Shown: positions 29,566 through 38,260 of the stretch, piece by piece
Numbering within the stretch: the first letter of the stretch is position 1
Layout of the letters: every line of letters starts with the position of its first letter
Source of the DNA: Candidatus Xenobia bacterium
Lineage (GTDB): Bacteria; Vulcanimicrobiota; Xenobia; Xenobiales; QWHO01
Length of the DNA: 64,000 bases
Assembly (NCBI GenBank): GCA_045863235.1
Contig: BTUM01000028.1
Location: 18,117-82,116, forward strand
Direction: 5' to 3'
Notes under the pieces: model-generated
Told to the model about the DNA's origin: nothing
Database searches by the model: none
What the model saw: the letters and a program-made list of their open reading frames with translations, nothing else
Position numbers and translations under genes: made by a program

Positions 29566-31365
29566 ATGAGATCCAGACCCCGGGGAGCCACCCTGGCGAC
29601 CGCACTGATGGTCATCAGCCTGGCCCTGGTGGCCGCCTTCACGGTGGCGGCCAGCGCCTCGGCCAACCTGCAGGTGGCCCAGAGGGTCGAGAACACCCAG
29701 ATCGCCTCGCAGCTGGCCGAGTCGGCCGTGCAGCGGGCCATGGCCCGGGTGATGGGCAACGCCGGCTGGGTGGGCGACATCAACCTGAACGGGCCGGTTC
29801 CCCAGTCCACCGGGCGGCTCACCTTCACCCCTGGCGCTGTCCCCTTCTCCACGAACAATGCCGGCAGTACCCGCCCCAACGGGTGGGCCGGCTCGCGCTG
29901 TCTGCCCGGAGGTGCCGTTCCCCCCAAACGCGTGCACCTGGTGGGGGTAGGCCGCTGTCGCAACGTGACCCGCACCGTCGAGGCGGTGCTCTATGTGCCC
30001 GATTTTACCGTGTCCATCGCCTCCAACGGGCAGGTCCGTCTCGAGAACAGCCTGGTGGGCTCGCTGGAGGAGGCGGCTGACGTGAGCCGCCTGGCGGCCG
30101 AGCCCGAGTTGCTCGGCCCGGCCGACCTGGCCACCAACTCGGCCGTTCCCAACGCCATCAGCCTGCAACGTCGCAGCCGCGTGACCGGCAACGTGCAAGC
30201 CTGTGGCTCGGTCGACATCTCGGCCGACTCGAGCTTTGGAGGCGAACTGCGCGCTCCCTGGACGCCGGCCGACCTGCCCGACTTCGATCTCGACGACTAC
30301 GACCCGGCCACCGGCGACACGTTGAACTTTCAGAGCCTGCCCACCGGCATCCTGAGCTCGCAGAGCCTGGTGGGACTGGTCCGCTGCGACGGAGACGCCG
30401 CCATTCAGGGCGACATGGTGCTCGACAACGCCATGGTCTACGTGGACGGCGACCTCGTGGTGGAAGGGGGAGTGCGGGGCACGGGAGCCATCATGGTCAA
30501 GGGCTCGGCCACCGTCAAAGGGGGCGGCAACCTGACCAGCGACGACTCCATCGCCCTGTTGTGCGATGGAGATGTGAGCATGATCGGCGATCGGCCCAAC
30601 ACCTACCAGTTCCAGGGGCTGATCTACACCCGTGGCAACTTCGTGGCCCGCAACTTCACCGTCATCGGAGCCTTCATCGCCAACGGGACCGGGCCGGGCA
30701 CAGGCAACGTCAACCTGTACGACTCGCAGGCCTACTTCACCTCGCTGTCCAACAAGGTTCCCATCTACTACCCGCGCCAGCTGGTGCTGCAGATCGCGAG
30801 CGCCAACGATCCCACGCAGAAAGTCATCAACCTGCCCGACGGCAACACGATTCCCTACGGGATGTTCCCGGGCTCGGACGTGGCCCAGCAGTATGACATT
30901 CCCTGGAAGACTCCCGCCCAGGCGGCCGCCCACGTGAACGGCCAGCCCTACAATGGCTGGGAGGGGGCCGATGGCGGGCCCTGGCACTGGTACGATACCG
31001 TCCTGCTCGAAGTGCGCAAGGAGAACAACGCCTACGTTTACGAGCTGCGCTATCAACCCAACCCGATCCCGGGCGCGGCCAGCTACCCCGAGCGCTTTAC
31101 CGACCTGCAGTCGCTGAGCGCTCGTCTGGCTGACATCTGCGCCACCATGTGCCCCGACTACAACGACGGCGTCGATCCCAGCGGCCCGAACCCGCGCGAG
31201 TCAACCGAGTTCCGTCGCGACACCTTCTACCCCCAGCTCTTCGCCAGCTGGAACTTCAACCCGCCCCCCCCGGGAGACCCGGTGCAGGTCAACTTCTCGC
31301 TCGATCCCAACCGGTTTCTCAACCAGCAGGACAAGGTGCGCGTGGTCACCTGGCTGGAATACTGA
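29566..31365 (+). CDS. PilX-like pilus-associated protein with beta-helix region
   Basis: RG-ATLATALMVISLAL N-terminus, AESAV motif, repeated GD/GN-L-x-V strands. Confidence 0.72.
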   Translation: MRSRPRGATLATALMVISLALVAAFTVAASASANLQVAQRVENTQIASQLAESAVQRAMARVMGNAGWVGDINLNGPVPQSTGRLTFTPGAVPFSTNNAGSTRPNGWAGSRCLPGGAVPPKRVHLVGVGRCRNVTRTVEAVLYVPDFTVSIASNGQVRLENSLVGSLEEAADVSRLAAEPELLGPADLATNSAVPNAISLQRRSRVTGNVQACGSVDISADSSFGGELRAPWTPADLPDFDLDDYDPATGDTLNFQSLPTGILSSQSLVGLVRCDGDAAIQGDMVLDNAMVYVDGDLVVEGGVRGTGAIMVKGSATVKGGGNLTSDDSIALLCDGDVSMIGDRPNTYQFQGLIYTRGNFVARNFTVIGAFIANGTGPGTGNVNLYDSQAYFTSLSNKVPIYYPRQLVLQIASANDPTQKVINLPDGNTIPYGMFPGSDVAQQYDIPWKTPAQAAAHVNGQPYNGWEGADGGPWHWYDTVLLEVRKENNAYVYELRYQPNPIPGAASYPERFTDLQSLSARLADICATMCPDYNDGVDPSGPNPRESTEFRRDTFYPQLFASWNFNPPPPGDPVQVNFSLDPNRFLNQQDKVRVVTWLEY

Positions 31366-33003
31366 CTAGGGATTGAAGAAGCGCTCGATCTGACCGTCCT
31401 GGTAGAGGGTGCGGTAGAACAGTCCCACCTCTTCATCCCCCGTGGCGGCTGACTTCCAGGTAATCCTTATGGTATAGCTGCGCCCGATGTAAGCTCCGTC
31501 GCAGCGCAAGGTATACTCGGTGTCGCCGTTGTCCTGAAACCACGTGTTGTTCCAGCGGTTGGAGTAGTTGCCATACTCCTGCACATCGATGCGCGAGACG
31601 TAGTAGCGGTCTCCTCCGGTGAACCAGGGCTTGCCGGTCACGAAGAGCACGCCGCGCGCCTGTTCCGAGCCGCTCCCTCCCGAGGAGCCCCCGCCCTGGA
31701 GGGGGGAGAGCTCGACGAGCAGCGAGCGGCTGTCGCCCGCGGCGAAGGTGATCAGTCCCACGCCGCGCTTGAAGCCCAGGGCTTGAGCAAAGATCAGGTG
31801 CTCGCCGGCGGGAATTCCGCTCAGCGAGAAGGTTCCATCGGCGGCGGTCAGGGTGGCCTGGCCCGTGTCTACGGCTACCTGGGCCCCGGCCAGCGGCACG
31901 CCCGCCACCGAGCGCACCAGCCCTGTCATCTGAGCGGTGCCGGTGCCGGTTCCACCGACGTTGAGGACCACCGGATTGGACGGATAGCGGTTGACGAACA
32001 CCACCACCGGACCGGTGCGGGCGTTGTTGGGCACGATCAGCTCGATGCGCGTATCGCTCCAGCTCACGATCGAGGTGGGCGCGATCGGGATGCCGCCCAC
32101 GGTGAGATAGCCCTGCTCGAGCGTGGAGAACCCGCTGCCGCTCAAGATCAGAGTCTGGCCGGCATTGGCCGCGCTGGCCGAGAGCCCGGTCAGCAGCGGG
32201 GGCGGCACCGGGGCCACCACGTTCAAGTTGAGCTCGCAGTCGGCGAACGCGAACACCCAGCGGGCGCTGAAGGGGGGCAGGGCGCCCGGGGAAGTGATGT
32301 CCTCACTGATCAGCTGTCCGTCCGGCGAAAGACCGTAGATGGCGTTGGAGAGCCACACGTCTCCGCTGGTCTGGCTGAAGCCAGCCACCTCGGCCAGAGT
32401 CCGGGTGACCCCCAACTGGCTCACGCTCATGTTGGAGAACAGGAGCTGGCTCTCGCTGGGGCACCCGATCAGGTTCCAGCCCTGGTTGAGGGGGAGGACG
32501 TTGACCTGACCGTCGTTGGAATCGCCCTGCACGGTCACGGTGCTGGCGGCGTCAGCGTAGGCGAAGTAGCTCAGGCGCGTGTCCACCGCCTGGGGACTGT
32601 TCACCGGATCGACGGCAAAGAAGTTTCCTTGCGAATAGCCGTAGAGCTGATAACGAAAGCCAGAGGCGGCCGTCAGGCGGCCCATCGGGAACGAGAGCAC
32701 GTTCCAGCCCGCGCTCAGGTTGTACTGGGCGCCCACGACGCGCTGCTGGCCGCGGGGAGAGCCGCTCACCAGCGGGGGAGGATTGGCCGGCAGGCCGGGA
32801 GGGGTGGCGCTGTTGAGGGCGGCTTGCAGCGAGTTGCCCGGGTCGGCCCCGGCGTTGGGGTCGGGGGCAGGAGGACCGGGGGCGGGAGGGGCAGGATTCA
32901 AGCCCGGCACCGGCCCGGCATCCACCGTGCCCGGGCCACCTCCCGAGCAGGCGATGGCCAGCAGAGCAACCAGCAGGCAAAGGATCACATTCAAGCGTTT
33001 CAT
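31366..33003 (-). CDS. Surface lipoprotein with IPT/TIG and carboxypeptidase-regulatory-like domains
   Basis: Lipobox AIAC, Pro linker, two GWN repeats, SWSDTRI, GLVR..G.PLAGA. Confidence 0.78.
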   Translation of the reverse strand: MKRLNVILCLLVALLAIACSGGGPGTVDAGPVPGLNPAPPAPGPPAPDPNAGADPGNSLQAALNSATPPGLPANPPPLVSGSPRGQQRVVGAQYNLSAGWNVLSFPMGRLTAASGFRYQLYGYSQGNFFAVDPVNSPQAVDTRLSYFAYADAASTVTVQGDSNDGQVNVLPLNQGWNLIGCPSESQLLFSNMSVSQLGVTRTLAEVAGFSQTSGDVWLSNAIYGLSPDGQLISEDITSPGALPPFSARWVFAFADCELNLNVVAPVPPPLLTGLSASAANAGQTLILSGSGFSTLEQGYLTVGGIPIAPTSIVSWSDTRIELIVPNNARTGPVVVFVNRYPSNPVVLNVGGTGTGTAQMTGLVRSVAGVPLAGAQVAVDTGQATLTAADGTFSLSGIPAGEHLIFAQALGFKRGVGLITFAAGDSRSLLVELSPLQGGGSSGGSGSEQARGVLFVTGKPWFTGGDRYYVSRIDVQEYGNYSNRWNNTWFQDNGDTEYTLRCDGAYIGRSYTIRITWKSAATGDEEVGLFYRTLYQDGQIERFFNP

Positions 33004-33148
33004 GCCCCGCAGTGTAGCTGAATTCGGCCGGAACGTGGTTGCCAAAATGTTATCCCCACTTGTTCGGGAAGAAAACTCTTCACGGCGAAAGGCGCTTTGG
33101 CATGGCCGTCGAACGTCTGGCAATTCCATCGAACACTGGGAGGGAACA

Positions 33149-33358
33149 GTGGCAGATAACCTTGAGGCGCTCGACGCCAAGATCAAATCACTTGAAGAAA
33201 CCATGGGTCCCTTGCTGAACCTGGAGCTGCCCGCCGGCGCCACGATCAGCTTCGGCGACCAGCCCGGTATGGCCGTGCTGTTCAGCGTCTGCTTGCGTCG
33301 AATGGTGCTGGAAATCCAACGTCAGGGCGAGCTGACCCGGGCAGCGATCAAGAAGTAA
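33149..33358 (+). CDS. Small hypothetical protein (69 aa)
   Basis: GGAGGG RBS before GTG; terminator downstream. Confidence 0.55.
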   Translation: MADNLEALDAKIKSLEETMGPLLNLELPAGATISFGDQPGMAVLFSVCLRRMVLEIQRQGELTRAAIKK

Positions 33359-33428
33359 AGCTTAAAGCCGTCGTTTCGATCGCGCTTTTTCGTTCTCTTC
33401 TTCGATACGTTCGCGAGTCCGCGGCGGC

Positions 33429-33472
33429 AAAAAAAGAAGGCTTCCTCGACCCCGAGGAAGCCTTCTTTTTTG
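33429..33472. terminator. Bidirectional intrinsic terminator
   Basis: A-tract-GAAGGCTTCCTCG-accc-CGAGGAAGCCTTC-T-tract between convergent genes. Confidence 0.92.
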
Positions 33473-33476
33473 CCTG

Positions 33477-34607
33477 CTACTTCTTGGGCACGAGCTTGTA
33501 GAGAAAGAGCTCGCTGGGGGACATCGGATCTTTCTTGGTGGTGATGGCCGCCATGGTGCGAGTGCGGTTGATGGACATCGACTGCATCGGCAACACGGTC
33601 TCGTTGACCGTGTCCAGGATCTTCAGGCCTTCCTTGCGGGTCGGCACCAGGAACTGGGCGGCGGTCTTGTAGGGGTTCCCGGTGATGTCCCAGGTCAGCA
33701 CCTCGAAACCCCAGAAGGGCTTGCCCAGATAGCGCGGCTCCCAGCCCACGGCCAGTTGCTCGAGCTCGTGGTTGGCCGAGTACTTGCCGGTGACGCTGTC
33801 CACCAGCATCACGCCCGCCCTGGAGGCCGGGGGCAGGTTCCAGTAGCACACCAACAGGTAGTCGCCGCCCCACTCCCAGCGCACCCGGAAGAACGTCATC
33901 TTGCCTTCGACCTTCTTGTCGGCCGGAACATCGTTGAGGAGTGGCGTGACCTTGCCACTGTCGATGTTGATGATGCCGGCCACGTCTTTCCACTTCGTGT
34001 CGGCCCCCATCAGGGGCTTGGCGTAGGCCAGCAGGCGCACCTTGGGCTGCTTGGGAGGGGTGTATTCCAGCCAGTCCACCGAGCACACCGGCACGTCCGG
34101 CACGAAGCTCTTCAGTTTCTTATTCGCCTTGAGGTCCCACAGGTGGATGCCCTTGTAGGTGGCCACGGCCACCAGATTCTGGTCGGGGCTGAAGCTGTAG
34201 TCGAGGATTTTCTTGGGATCGGCCGCGATGGCCAGCTCGCGGGTCACTTTGGCGTTCTTCCAGTCCAGCCAGCGCAGCGGCTGGATGTTGCGCAGCAAGA
34301 TCAGGTGCGTGCCGTCGTGGCTGAACTCGAGCCCGTCGATGGAGTCGAGCTGGTGCACGTCGGGGCCGATCTCTTTGAGCACCTGCCCGCTGGTCACGTC
34401 CCACACGGTGAGCATCTTGCTGCCGTTGAAGAAGCCGGCCAGCACCTTGCCGTCGGGCGAGAAGGTGGGGCGCTCGATCCAGTAAGGATCCGAGCCCGGC
34501 AGCTGCTTGTCGAGCACGAAGTCGGGCGGGGTGGGGATGATCTCGTCTTTGGCCAGCGCCGGCAAGACGGTCAGAAGGAGGATGAGAATGGAGAAAATCC
34601 TGCGCAT
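33477..34607 (-). CDS. Secreted WD40-like beta-propeller protein
   Basis: Signal peptide; FSPDG...VWD, FSHDG, FSPDQ...LWD repeats. Confidence 0.8.
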   Translation of the reverse strand: MRRIFSILILLLTVLPALAKDEIIPTPPDFVLDKQLPGSDPYWIERPTFSPDGKVLAGFFNGSKMLTVWDVTSGQVLKEIGPDVHQLDSIDGLEFSHDGTHLILLRNIQPLRWLDWKNAKVTRELAIAADPKKILDYSFSPDQNLVAVATYKGIHLWDLKANKKLKSFVPDVPVCSVDWLEYTPPKQPKVRLLAYAKPLMGADTKWKDVAGIINIDSGKVTPLLNDVPADKKVEGKMTFFRVRWEWGGDYLLVCYWNLPPASRAGVMLVDSVTGKYSANHELEQLAVGWEPRYLGKPFWGFEVLTWDITGNPYKTAAQFLVPTRKEGLKILDTVNETVLPMQSMSINRTRTMAAITTKKDPMSPSELFLYKLVPKK

Positions 34608-34704
34608 TGGAGCCCCCTGCTTGGGAAGTTGGTGGGGCCGCTTTCGAAGCGGGAGTCAGCTTCCTCCTGCCAGGAGGTCGGGCCGGGCGCAAGAAGGTCT
34701 CCTC

Positions 34705-35322
34705 GTGGACGTGCACCTTCGGTTGCGGCGGGGGCTTCAGATGGTGATGGTGGGGATGCTCCTGAGCTGCCTGCCCTACGTCAGCTACCTCCTCGTTCTC
34801 GGGGTCGACTTTCTTCCCTATGCTTTGGTCGGGTCGGGCACCATTCTCCAGCTCTTGCCCTGGGCGGGAATGGCCGGCTTTGCCCTGCTGGTGGGGGGAC
34901 TTTATCAGTGCCTCAAAGCACCTCCCGAGTCGGACTCGCGGAACCTGCTGCTGTTTGCCGGGGCGACTCTGGTCGCACTGCGGTTCGTGGCCATTCCATC
35001 GGTTCGGATGGGTCCGCTGGGCTGGCTCATCCCGCCCCTGAACCTGGCGGTCGATCTGGCCCTGCTGCTGGCTTTATGTCGCCTGGCCGTGTATTACCGT
35101 CGGCGCGATCTTCTCGGGAGTTTCTTCGTTGGGGCCGGGCTGGCCTTGATCCAGACCCTGATCGCCCTTCCTCTCTCCGTCGGATGGCTGGCAGGACTCA
35201 CCACCGCCTTGCTGTTGCTGACGATCGGATGCGTCGCCCTCTCCACGGTGCTGGTCTCGGTGGCGGTGGGTCGGCTGGCTGTCTCAGCGGGGGAGGGCCC
35301 GCCCAGGGAGGATTTCCTCTAG
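34705..35322 (+). CDS. Hypothetical polytopic membrane protein
   Basis: About 6 TM segments; start uncertain. Confidence 0.6.
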   Translation: MDVHLRLRRGLQMVMVGMLLSCLPYVSYLLVLGVDFLPYALVGSGTILQLLPWAGMAGFALLVGGLYQCLKAPPESDSRNLLLFAGATLVALRFVAIPSVRMGPLGWLIPPLNLAVDLALLLALCRLAVYYRRRDLLGSFFVGAGLALIQTLIALPLSVGWLAGLTTALLLLTIGCVALSTVLVSVAVGRLAVSAGEGPPREDFL

Positions 35323-35493
35323 AAGCCCAGGCCTTCCCCGGGCACCACGTAGCTCACGCCATCGATGAGCACTCCGTAGCTGCCCGACGAAGTGCAGCCG
35401 TAAATGTGGTTGTTGAGACCGCTCGGAGCGTTGGGGCCAGATTGTCCTGGGCTCCGAGGCCATAGATGGTCGTGGTTCCGCTGGTGGGGGGCC

Positions 35494-36093
35494 TTACTGG
35501 GCAGGGCGCTGTTGGACCGTCATCGCCTCAGGGTCAAGGATGGTAAGCGTTCCGTCCGGGTTGGTCACCTGCACCGTCTTGTCCGGGTTGACCGTGACGG
35601 GGAGCGGCACTCTCGTCGTGACAGTCTTCGGGTCCATCATCATCATCAGGGGGGTCGCGGCATAGGCGCGAAAAGTCTCCTGCAGGGGCGAGCCCGACTT
35701 GAAGCTGGTTGGACTCACGTCTCTCCAGACTTCGGTGCCGCCGGGCAAAGAGAACTTGGTGATGGAGCCGCCCATGAAGCCAGGGGTTTGAGACGAAAAG
35801 ACGCCGGACTCCTGGTTGATCGACATTTGTCCCCCCAGTTGGGGCATCATCGCTAACCCACACGCAGAGGCCACCATGGTCGTTTCGAGGGCGTGCGCGG
35901 TGAGCCTGACCAGCAAATCCCCGTTGATGCTCGGACGGGGCGTGGCAACACCCGGGTCGGCAGCGGACGGGGTCCAGGCTTCGGTTTGCTGCGGGATGCC
36001 GGAACCTTCGCCACTCAATGCCCCCGAAGCCCGCGTGGGGGTCTTGGCGAGGGCAACCTGAGCGTTCGCTTGGATCCCGGGCATTCCGTTCAT
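35494..36093 (-). CDS. Hypothetical protein with low-complexity N-terminus (3' end possibly frameshifted)
   Basis: GGAGG RBS before ATG 36093; coding-like startless tail to 35319. Confidence 0.6.
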   Translation of the reverse strand: MNGMPGIQANAQVALAKTPTRASGALSGEGSGIPQQTEAWTPSAADPGVATPRPSINGDLLVRLTAHALETTMVASACGLAMMPQLGGQMSINQESGVFSSQTPGFMGGSITKFSLPGGTEVWRDVSPTSFKSGSPLQETFRAYAATPLMMMMDPKTVTTRVPLPVTVNPDKTVQVTNPDGTLTILDPEAMTVQQRPAQ

Positions 36094-36113
36094 CGTGTGA
36101 CCTCCGAGCTTGG

Positions 36114-37676
36114 TCATTTGAAATTCTGCGCCGGTGATGGGACTCCTGTGGTTTGGTGCTGCCTGGTAGGCAGGCGAACACTTCCGACCACCACCTGACC
36201 CTGGCGTTCTTCCACGCCCCCGCGGCTACTTCGCCCCACCTGCTCCAGGGCCGAGGCCACGGCCCGCTCGGGCTGGCTCTGATCAAAGAGCCTGGACTCG
36301 GCCTGGCGATTCAGGTTCTGGCACAGGATGTCGACCGCTTCCAACAAGCTCTTGCCTGCCAGCGCTCCGCCGGTCTGGCGCTCGAGTCGTAGGCGCTGCA
36401 GACACTCCACTTCCTGCCAGCCCCGGCCGCGCGGATTGAGGCGACGCAGGCTGGCCTGCAGACGGTCGTGGGCCTGCCGGGCGACGGGCAGGTCGCCGGT
36501 TGCCCGCAACTCGCTCCAGACGGCGCGGGTGGCCGCCATGTCGCGCTGGCAGTCCGAGTAGATGCGGGCCAGGGCCAGCTCGCGTTCCTCGCGCGTTTCG
36601 CTGCCGCAGGCCGATCGGGCCAGGAGGTGGCTGGTGAGGTGACGCCACTTGATGCGCTGCCAGCCGGCCCGGAGCTGGACTTCCTCGGACCGAAGTCTGT
36701 CGACCGCTGGATTTTCCTGGAGCTGGCGGGCTGACCAGTCGGGATCGCCCGAGAGGGCCAGCAGACGCAGGAAGTCTTCTCTTGGACCGCCCTCGCGCAG
36801 GCGAACGAGGGCGTCCCGGCAGCCGAAGGGCTCGGCACCAGGCCCCAGAGCCTGCTTGATCGCCTCGAGCTCGGAGTCGCCGTGGTCGAGTAGCTGCTGG
36901 TAGAGCTCGAAGTGCCCAAAGCGCCCGGGGGCAAATTCGAAGGCCTGCACCGCCGCCTCCAGGCGAGCACTCATCGGATGCTCGCAGTCGCGCTGCACGG
37001 CCCGGTGAGCGGCGTCAGCCAGGGCCGGGTCCTTCAGCTCGCGCGTCAGCCGGTTGAGCGGCTCGAGCCGGGCCATGACGGCCTGGTCGTCAACGAGCTC
37101 CGAGGGCTTGAAGGTGAGACCGGCCAGGCGCACCTCGTCGCTTGCCCCTCGGTAGAGGGCCATGGCCACCGTCTGGCTCGATTCGGGCAAGCCTCGGGTG
37201 AGGGTCCGACCGGTGTCGCACAGGGCCTTGAGCGAGCGGGCCAGGGCGGGTTGGGCCAGCTCCTGGTCTTTGGCACCGAGGCCGTTGAGGTAGGAGGCCA
37301 GCTTGAGCTCGTCCAGGTTGCTCACCACCAGCACGCTCTGGTCGGGCCGCGCGCGAAAGGACACGCGTTGGCCCTGGCTGAGGCGGGCGTAAGTCTCGGG
37401 CAGCTTGTTGCCCAACTGGCCTTTCAGCTGCAGGACCGTGGCCGCAAGCTCGCCGGGCGGGTCCGCCTCGAGGGCCTCCAGGGCGGTCAGCTCCTCGGGA
37501 CGGAACAGAGTCTGGTAGCCCTCCCGCGTGCGAGCCTCGACGCTCTTGCCCCGCGACAAGAGCTCGTGGGCCTCCTCGGCTTCCACCGGCCTTGTCTTGC
37601 CGCTGCCATACCAGGGGCCGAGCTCGCCGTAAGTGGCAGCCCGGGAAGGCATATCAGGACGGATCAAGGCCATCAT
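36114..37676 (-). CDS. Hypothetical helical protein with shared C-terminal motif
   Basis: 520-aa ORF; repeats resembling 43068 protein; VEERQGQVVVGSVRLPTR. Confidence 0.75.
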   Translation of the reverse strand: MMALIRPDMPSRAATYGELGPWYGSGKTRPVEAEEAHELLSRGKSVEARTREGYQTLFRPEELTALEALEADPPGELAATVLQLKGQLGNKLPETYARLSQGQRVSFRARPDQSVLVVSNLDELKLASYLNGLGAKDQELAQPALARSLKALCDTGRTLTRGLPESSQTVAMALYRGASDEVRLAGLTFKPSELVDDQAVMARLEPLNRLTRELKDPALADAAHRAVQRDCEHPMSARLEAAVQAFEFAPGRFGHFELYQQLLDHGDSELEAIKQALGPGAEPFGCRDALVRLREGGPREDFLRLLALSGDPDWSARQLQENPAVDRLRSEEVQLRAGWQRIKWRHLTSHLLARSACGSETREERELALARIYSDCQRDMAATRAVWSELRATGDLPVARQAHDRLQASLRRLNPRGRGWQEVECLQRLRLERQTGGALAGKSLLEAVDILCQNLNRQAESRLFDQSQPERAVASALEQVGRSSRGGVEERQGQVVVGSVRLPTRQHQTTGVPSPAQNFK

Positions 37677-37681
37677 GGCTC

Positions 37682-37713
37682 AGATTACGCCCTGGCTCTG
37701 AAAGGCCCCTGAA
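37682..37713 (-). promoter_or_regulatory. Direct-repeat box promoter
   Basis: TTCAG-N6-TTCAG-N10-TAATCT-N5-ATG. Confidence 0.65.
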
Positions 37714-37771
37714 GTCTCAATTCGTACCGCAAAAGCAGGGGACTGCCCCGAGAGCGCGTAACGGGCCCGGC

Positions 37772-38260
37772 ATGAGTCTGGGAATTGCTTTCAAGAGTTT
37801 CTTCAAAGCGCTGCAGGACAAGGAGTTCGCGGCCCGGGTGGGCGAGCTTTTGGCCGGGGGCAAGACCGAGAAGGTCCCTCCACCCCCCACCGCCGGGCAA
37901 CTGCTGGCCGTGCTGCAGCGCGAGGGCCGTTTCGTGGACTTCTTGCAGGAAGACCTCAAGGGCATCGGCGACGCTCAGATCGGCGCGGTGGCCCGCACTC
38001 TGCATGAAGGCTGCCGCAAGGTGGCCACCCAGTATCTGACTTTGGAACCCGTGCGCTCCGAGGAAGAAGGCGCCGCCGTCACGGTCGAGCCGGGCTTCGA
38101 CCCGGCCGAGGTGCGGCTGGTGGGCAACGTGGTGGGCGACCCTCCCTTCAACGGGACCCTGCGCCACCACGGCTGGAAGCTCACCCGGGCCGAGCTGCCT
38201 GAAGCTGCCGCCACGCCCGAGCGCACCGTGCTGGTTCCCGCGGAGGTAGAGCTTTCATGA
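37772..38260 (+). CDS. DUF2760-like protein (Hsp70-associated)
   Basis: QLLAVLQREGRFVDFLQED, VRLVGNVVG, LRHHGW, VPAEVEL; coupled to Hsp70. Confidence 0.8.
   Translation: MSLGIAFKSFFKALQDKEFAARVGELLAGGKTEKVPPPPTAGQLLAVLQREGRFVDFLQEDLKGIGDAQIGAVARTLHEGCRKVATQYLTLEPVRSEEEGAAVTVEPGFDPAEVRLVGNVVGDPPFNGTLRHHGWKLTRAELPEAAATPERTVLVPAEVELS

Noticed and set aside
28276..31056. 926-aa NDH-2 fusion in the ORF track
   Set aside because: The N-terminal part is antisense to the PilX-like gene; the true start is 29535 with a GGAGGA RBS
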